Shown: positions 58,647 through 64,000 of the stretch, piece after piece
Numbering within the stretch: the first letter of the stretch is position 1
Layout of the letters: every line of letters starts with the position of its first letter
Source: Thermoproteota archaeon
GTDB lineage: Archaea; Thermoproteota; Thermoprotei; Thermofilales; B9-G17
NCBI GenBank assembly: GCA_029258885.1
Contig: JAPDJW010000003.1
Location: 64,001-128,000 of the forward strand
Direction: 5' to 3'
DNA length: 64,000 bases
Translations under genes and position numbers: made by a program
Notes under the pieces: generated by a model
Database searches by the model: none
Told to the model about the DNA's origin: nothing
What the model saw: the letters and a program-made list of their open reading frames with translations, nothing else

Positions 58647-61607
58647 GTGAGTAGCGTGAATAGGAAGATCTTACTTACTGTAACAATTTTGGCAATTATA
58701 GGGGTTAGTGTTCTCAGCTGGAAATCCGTTCTCATCAATCTGCTTCCCTCCTTCACCGCAAAGAATAGGCTAAGCAGTGGAAACACTTTACGAGCTGCTC
58801 CGCCGAAGCTATCCGAGATTAAAGTTGCTATTCTCTACGAGCCTATAACCTGCTACAAGCCCTTTAATAGGACGTTAGAAGACATAATAAAAGTCTTAAA
58901 CGAAACTGGAGCAGATTTTGTATTTAGGTGCTTCTGGAGGTGGAGCCCTTGTCCGGAAACACCAGAACAACTACCCCCTGGCAAGCTCAGGGAAAGGTGC
59001 GAGTACGCAGGCTATTATTATCAGCATTTAAAGCAGGTCATATCGGTAATAAAAGCTTCCGCACCTAATATCATTCTCTGCGGCGCCATACCAGCCCAGA
59101 AGATAGATAGTCGTATCGTCTGGAACCCTATTACGGGCGAGGTCATAAGTTATCCCGAAACCTGGGAGATGGCTCTAGATCCGGGTAAGTGGGGGATTCC
59201 TGTCGAAAAGGAGAAGTTCCAGTGCTGGTTCGCTAAGACGCATCTCTGGGTTCCTAAAGACCTTAACTGGTGCGACTACGATCCAGCCGAAGCCCCAGCA
59301 TATTTCCCCGACATAACCAATCCTAAATTTCAGGAGCTACTGTTAAGCTGGGCTTATAAACAGATAGACTGTGGCGTAGACGCGATATGGATAGATATGC
59401 TTTTCTCCCAGGCAAGGTTCCTAGCTAAGATAGCTGGAGATGTACATCACAAGGCTGTTAGAGAATCTCTTGAAGCCGCCTGCTGGATAGTCGACATGAT
59501 ACATAATTATGGTCTTTCAAAGGGTCGATACATATACGTGGGCAGCTGGCCCGGAGCTATTAATTTCCCGTATACACCTCCCAAGTTGGATTTCGTCACG
59601 ATATCCCCTTCCTCGAGAGAAATATTTTACATGGAACTTAACGAAACGAAGTATGACGAAATGCTTACGTCAATAAGAAATACGTGGAGAGATATACCCG
59701 TATTTGCGTTTTTAGACTGGGCGGCTACTACAAAAACTCCTCTCGGAGTATTCAGCCAGAATTTAACTAGAGAGCAGCAAAGGGCTTTTCTCAAAATAGC
59801 GGATAAGTTCTTCCAGACTAAAGGCATAAACTTCATCTATCCGGTACACGGAGGTTCTCTGGGCGTTGATGCTACGATTAAGGCTTTCGGAAAATTCGGA
59901 GTATACGACAGCCAAGCCCCCGAATTTGACACCTACGAGATTATCGTAGAGCTGGCTCGAAGCAAGGCATCGTTAAAAAGTGGGGAGGTAGATGTAATAG
60001 ATCTTAGAGGGGAAGATCTAAAGACTAGATTGCTCGTACTCAGCTTGCAGGGAATAGTGAATAGGGAGAAGCCACAACTCTACGTATTGTGGGAGAGTAA
60101 GCGTGTAGAACCTACAGCATCTGAAAGATGGCTAGAATACTATAGAGGGAAAGGGTGGATTAAAGGATATAAAATCATCAGTATTGAAGAGGCTCTTGAA
60201 AAATATAGGGAGTATTTGAAAGGTGTGGTAGTTTACGACCCAGAGCTTCCTGCAACTATTAACCTGGCTATATCCCTAGCCGGAGTATATGATTTAGTAG
60301 TGGCTCATCCAGATTTTATGCCAATGCTTGCTAAACATGGTCTGGAAGTTAAGTATGATTTAAGAGGCAGGTTTAAAGATAGAATAGAAGCTCACAAATG
60401 GCAGTTAGAGAATGTTTTTCCATACTGTAATAGGAGCTTGATAAATCTCTTCCCAACAATAGAGGGGGTAATGATATATAGGGTTTCTATAATCGACTAC
60501 GTAATAGCGAACAGAGCTTGTTCGATAGGGTTAAATGTAAAGGAAGATGAAGCACTGATCGGCGAGTACTACGAGAAGATGAATAAATTCGCTATAGCGC
60601 TAGGATATCCTGAGGATGGAGCACTAGAAAGGCCGTGGGTCGAGCTGACGTCGAAGTACGGTCTTCTCAATGTGCTGGCTACAGTCTTCTCTCCCAATTT
60701 TTCATTCCATTCGAAAATGCCGGCGAAGAGAAAATATGAGCAAGACCATAGGTTCGAGGTAACGCTAGACCCAGATAAAATCTACGTAGCATTCGCGGTC
60801 TCAGATTTAGGATTAAACAACATGCAGGATTTCTACTATGAGATGTGGCTTAGCGAAGCTAGAGGAGACGTGCCTATAAGCTGGTGGCTTGACCCAATAG
60901 TCGTCGAGTTCTGCCCGGGAATAGTACAGTACTACTATGAAACTAAAACCCCAAACGACTACTTCTACTCAGCCCACGTCGGCGGGAGAATAAGAGCTTC
61001 CGACTTCCCTTACCTGGATGATTACTTGAGGAGAGGGCAGAAATATCTAAACATGTGTTCGCTTAAAATAGTAGCTTTCAGCAACCACCATAAGAAAGAC
61101 GATAGAGTGTTTAAGCTTTACTCGGAGACTCTAGATGTAGAAGGCTTCGTTTTCGGATTTGGACCAGAGTTCAAGGAAGATTACTGGCTGGTCGACGACA
61201 AAGTGTGGATAGTGCCTAGATATATGGGAAGCCCTGAAGCCGCATTTAATGCAGTAAAAAACTACATAGATTCTAAACAGGAGAGACCTCTCTTCATAGT
61301 GATTGGAATAGGATTATGGTACTACCCTGAAGTCGAAGATATATTAGAGATCAGGGATATGTTGAAGGAAGAATATGGTGATCAAATACTGTTCTGTAGA
61401 CTCGACGAGCTTATCGCTGCTGCCAAACAATACAGCCTAACATATAAGCCGGTTGAGAGCAAACTTAAACTACTGATAATTATTCTAGCACTAGTGATCA
61501 TAGTTTTAGTAGCATCTCTAATACTTCTTCATCTCAAATATAGGAAACCTACCCTCAACTCTCGGACCCAAGCTAATCCAAGATCCCACGTTAAATGCAC
61601 CACCTAG
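58647..61607 (+). CDS. doubly anchored surface protein: TIM-barrel GH-like domain + GxGYxYP-type putative glycoside hydrolase
   Basis: N- and C-terminal TM; GVDAIWIDM barrel; LSLQGIVNREKPQLY, VVYDP, YVAFAVSD, NDYF motifs. Confidence 0.7.
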   Translation: MSSVNRKILLTVTILAIIGVSVLSWKSVLINLLPSFTAKNRLSSGNTLRAAPPKLSEIKVAILYEPITCYKPFNRTLEDIIKVLNETGADFVFRCFWRWSPCPETPEQLPPGKLRERCEYAGYYYQHLKQVISVIKASAPNIILCGAIPAQKIDSRIVWNPITGEVISYPETWEMALDPGKWGIPVEKEKFQCWFAKTHLWVPKDLNWCDYDPAEAPAYFPDITNPKFQELLLSWAYKQIDCGVDAIWIDMLFSQARFLAKIAGDVHHKAVRESLEAACWIVDMIHNYGLSKGRYIYVGSWPGAINFPYTPPKLDFVTISPSSREIFYMELNETKYDEMLTSIRNTWRDIPVFAFLDWAATTKTPLGVFSQNLTREQQRAFLKIADKFFQTKGINFIYPVHGGSLGVDATIKAFGKFGVYDSQAPEFDTYEIIVELARSKASLKSGEVDVIDLRGEDLKTRLLVLSLQGIVNREKPQLYVLWESKRVEPTASERWLEYYRGKGWIKGYKIISIEEALEKYREYLKGVVVYDPELPATINLAISLAGVYDLVVAHPDFMPMLAKHGLEVKYDLRGRFKDRIEAHKWQLENVFPYCNRSLINLFPTIEGVMIYRVSIIDYVIANRACSIGLNVKEDEALIGEYYEKMNKFAIALGYPEDGALERPWVELTSKYGLLNVLATVFSPNFSFHSKMPAKRKYEQDHRFEVTLDPDKIYVAFAVSDLGLNNMQDFYYEMWLSEARGDVPISWWLDPIVVEFCPGIVQYYYETKTPNDYFYSAHVGGRIRASDFPYLDDYLRRGQKYLNMCSLKIVAFSNHHKKDDRVFKLYSETLDVEGFVFGFGPEFKEDYWLVDDKVWIVPRYMGSPEAAFNAVKNYIDSKQERPLFIVIGIGLWYYPEVEDILEIRDMLKEEYGDQILFCRLDELIAAAKQYSLTYKPVESKLKLLIIILALVIIVLVASLILLHLKYRKPTLNSRTQANPRSHVKCTT

Positions 61608-61903
61608 AAGCATTAACGTATCTTCCAATTCCCGGAATGTATTTATTCGATGTGATAAGATATTCCACGATAATGGGCTAAATAATGCTCATGATTAAAC
61701 TCTTCTGTTAATTTTTATTATGTTAGCTGTTTTTCTAAAACATTTTGTCTCTATATATGCTAGGCTATTGATTTTCTTAAGTATTTCTAACGCTTTCTTG
61801 ATGTAATGCTTCTTAAAGGGATAAGAGGACAAAAATTATCGTTACGGTAATTATAGCTAAAATAGATAGAAGGTAGTGTTTCCTCTCGCAATCCCCTGTT
61901 AGC

Positions 61904-62716
61904 TTACACTTCCTCCACGTAGAATTCACAATAGGGATCACCTTTTGCAATGCACTTGGATTCTATAACTCTTACGTCTGCCTTTAGCAAGCCTGAAAGT
62001 AGTCCGCTTAGATGACCCCTGATGAACTGGCTTACGGGTTTATCGGAGCCCTTGAAGATCTTACACTCGATCGAGTCGTAAAGTCTTAAGACAATATTCG
62101 TAGCTTGAGGATCGTACTCTACAAGCTCTACTCTCCCCAAGCCGCCAGCCTGGTAAGTCTTTAAAACTTCAACCAATAGCTCCCTACCCTTCAAGCCAAA
62201 CTTCTCCGAGAGATATTCTGCTAGAAACCTACCGCCTGAATAGGCTAAATGATAGAGGAAAACAGCAGCTACTTCACCCAGTTTTCCGTATAGACCTTTA
62301 ATCATCTCTTGGAAGTCATGCTCAATGAGTATGAGAGAGCGAACTCCCGGGAAAACGTATAGTGGGAATGCGAATTCATCCATCATAAATCCTCTCACTG
62401 GAGGTTTCTTGACGTATACTTTTTCGCCTGTTGCGAGCTCAAGCTCCCTCCTAACGAGCTCGACATCAATATCTAAATCTGTGAAATCAGCGAAAATGAA
62501 GACAGGAGCCCTATCCCAACTTGGTAAGGAGTAAGCACTAACGTTTAATATGTTAACACTGTGTCTGGCAAACACCTCGAGTGCTTTCATAAGCCTACCG
62601 GGCTTATTAACCACGGTAAAATAAAACTCGACTATATCTCTATCCTCGGCGTACACCATCCAAGGAACATACCTCTCAAACACAACCATAACACCACATG
62701 CGGCATTGAGCCGCAT
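61904..62716 (-). CDS. ACT-domain + V4R-domain protein
   Basis: NKPGRL...NIL ACT motif; YQAGGLG, SIEC, FIRGHLSG, ESKCIAKGDPYCEF V4R; start ATG 62716 or 62689. Confidence 0.9.
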   Translation of the reverse strand: MRLNAACGVMVVFERYVPWMVYAEDRDIVEFYFTVVNKPGRLMKALEVFARHSVNILNVSAYSLPSWDRAPVFIFADFTDLDIDVELVRRELELATGEKVYVKKPPVRGFMMDEFAFPLYVFPGVRSLILIEHDFQEMIKGLYGKLGEVAAVFLYHLAYSGGRFLAEYLSEKFGLKGRELLVEVLKTYQAGGLGRVELVEYDPQATNIVLRLYDSIECKIFKGSDKPVSQFIRGHLSGLLSGLLKADVRVIESKCIAKGDPYCEFYVEEV

Positions 62717-62717
62717 G

Positions 62718-62731
62718 AAAAAAAAAAAAAA
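62718..62731. repeat. A14/T14 homopolymer
   Basis: 14 consecutive A on the plus strand, ending 1 base before ATG 62716 on the minus strand. Confidence 0.9.
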
Positions 62732-62957
62732 GAATTTAAATGTAACGTTTAAAGTGTTGAAAATAATTAAAAGTATGAATAAGTTTCTCGGAATTTTATT
62801 CAGAAATAGCTTCACGGAGGCCTGCCCTCAGTGCTGTGCGTGTTCGGGAACGCTCGGAGGACCGGAGTCGTCCAAGGCTATACGACTAGCTTTTTAATTC
62901 TCGAGGATTATGGGCTCACATATCATCGTCCTTCCGTCAATGGGATATATTTTGTGG

Positions 62958-63005
62958 TCAGCACTCAAGATCTTCTTCATTTCTCTGCAGGGCCAGAGTC
63001 ATCAT
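62958..63005 (-). ncRNA. box C/D guide sRNA, predicted targets tRNA-Leu(CAA) C34 and G26
   Basis: Minus strand reads ATGATGA-CTCTGGCCCTG-CAGA-GAA-ATGAAGA-AGATCTTGAGTG-CTGA, i.e. C, guide, D', C', guide, D with canonical spacing. Confidence 0.85.
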
Positions 63006-63124
63006 CTAATTTAATCTAGGAATTAGTAGTATTAATTTTTAACCTAGCATTATTCTATGATATGTTTTTCGCGGATTAGGCGATGGCCTGTAGTTTTATA
63101 ATGGTTTACCACCTTAAACTAGTG

Positions 63125-64000
63125 ATGTCTATAGCTTCGGTATGCCCTAGGGATTGCTACGATACCTGTTTTCTAAAGGTTGTTGTTAGAGGCGGTAGGG
63201 TAGTATCCGTTGTAGGCGATGATGCGAATCCTATTACGGGAGGTTTTACGTGTCCGCGAGGTGCTCGTGACAACGTTAGAGTATACGTCAATAGAGTCCT
63301 CTATCCATACGTTAGGGCTTCGCCTAAGCCAGGCAGGGGATTTAAGCGTGTTAAGTGGAGCGAGGCATTGGACTACGTGGTTGATAGGCTTAAACATGTT
63401 CTAAAAAACTATGGTCCTAAAGCCGTGCTTCACCTCGAGTATGCCGGTAACATGGGTCTATTAACGTGGTATTTTCCTCAGAGGCTTTGGAATGCATTAG
63501 GGGCCGTGGGTACCGACTACAGCATCTGTAGCAAGTCTGGTCATGAAGCCATATCCCTACACTATGGCCTAAGCTATGGTGTTCAGCCAGATGAACTCCC
63601 TAACATGAGGCTGATAGTATATTGGGGATTTAACGCCGTAGTTAGCTCACCTCACTTATGGAGGCTATCTCTAGAGGCTAGGAAAAACGGAGCTGTTATA
63701 TCTGCTGTAGACCCTAGGAGTAGTAAGACCGCTAAGCTTGCTGATATATGGGTTAATCCTAGGCCTGGAACCGACGTTGCCATAGCATATGGTATCTCCC
63801 GATATATCATAGAGCACGGCTATATTGATGAAGATTTCATTGAGAGATGGACGTATGGATATGAACAGTTTAGGGAGGAAGCTATGAGGTGGACGCCCGA
63901 TAGAGTTGAAGCCGTAACTGGCGTTAGATGGAGGCTTATTGAGGAGCTCGCTGACGTATATTGTAGGCTGAGGCCCAGCGTGACGATGATTGGAATAGGA
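63125..64000 (+). CDS. molybdopterin-dependent oxidoreductase (DMSO reductase/FDH family), runs off right edge
   Basis: MSIASVCPRDCYDTC...CPRG Fe-S motif, YWGFN, VDPR, PRPGTD; open to the end of the window. Confidence 0.92.
   Translation, partial: MSIASVCPRDCYDTCFLKVVVRGGRVVSVVGDDANPITGGFTCPRGARDNVRVYVNRVLYPYVRASPKPGRGFKRVKWSEALDYVVDRLKHVLKNYGPKAVLHLEYAGNMGLLTWYFPQRLWNALGAVGTDYSICSKSGHEAISLHYGLSYGVQPDELPNMRLIVYWGFNAVVSSPHLWRLSLEARKNGAVISAVDPRSSKTAKLADIWVNPRPGTDVAIAYGISRYIIEHGYIDEDFIERWTYGYEQFREEAMRWTPDRVEAVTGVRWRLIEELADVYCRLRPSVTMIGIG

Noticed and set aside
62717-62815. ORF-track N-terminal extension of the V4R gene containing FFFFF
   Set aside because: It translates the T14 tract and AT-rich promoter DNA; better starts exist at 62716 and 62689
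2576-63404. Numerous short antisense or alternate-frame ORFs in the track (e.g. 5886-6296, 12663-13106, 42837-43148, 63173-63397)
   Set aside because: They are fully nested in better-supported genes and have no recognisable motifs

Overview
Gene-dense, fairly AT-rich archaeal chromosome segment. Gene content, GGTG-type ribosome-binding sites and T-tract terminators suggest a thermophilic Thermoproteota heterotroph; this taxonomy is inference. No rRNA, tRNA, CRISPR array or intact transposase was seen. The window is mostly accessory. It holds many membrane-anchored surface proteins and putative glycan-active enzymes (GH12, DUF6259-like TIM barrel, GxGYxYP-type fusion, deacetylase-like barrel). 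It also holds a metal ABC operon with a GH12 gene inside it, a class III RNR without ATP-cone, several ABC-2 exporters, and many intact, orphaned or decayed toxin-antitoxin modules. The standout is a 13.5 kb five-gene locus (30913-44449). It encodes two OPT-superfamily-like multipass membrane proteins, a 1500-aa MacB/FtsX-type permease whose PA/M28 ectodomain lacks the catalytic glutamates, a second large MacB/FtsX-type permease, and a putative cytoplasmic glycoside hydrolase, with no ATPase in the locus. It is a candidate uncharacterised glycan or glycopeptide uptake machine. Other highlights: a box C/D sRNA (62958-63005, minus) whose two guides fit G26 and C34 of one tRNA-Leu(CAA), a two-domain arrestin-fold protein, a HepT-MNT fusion broken at an A7 run, and a T14 tract just before an ACT-V4R gene. 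All family calls come from motif recognition by eye, not database searches.
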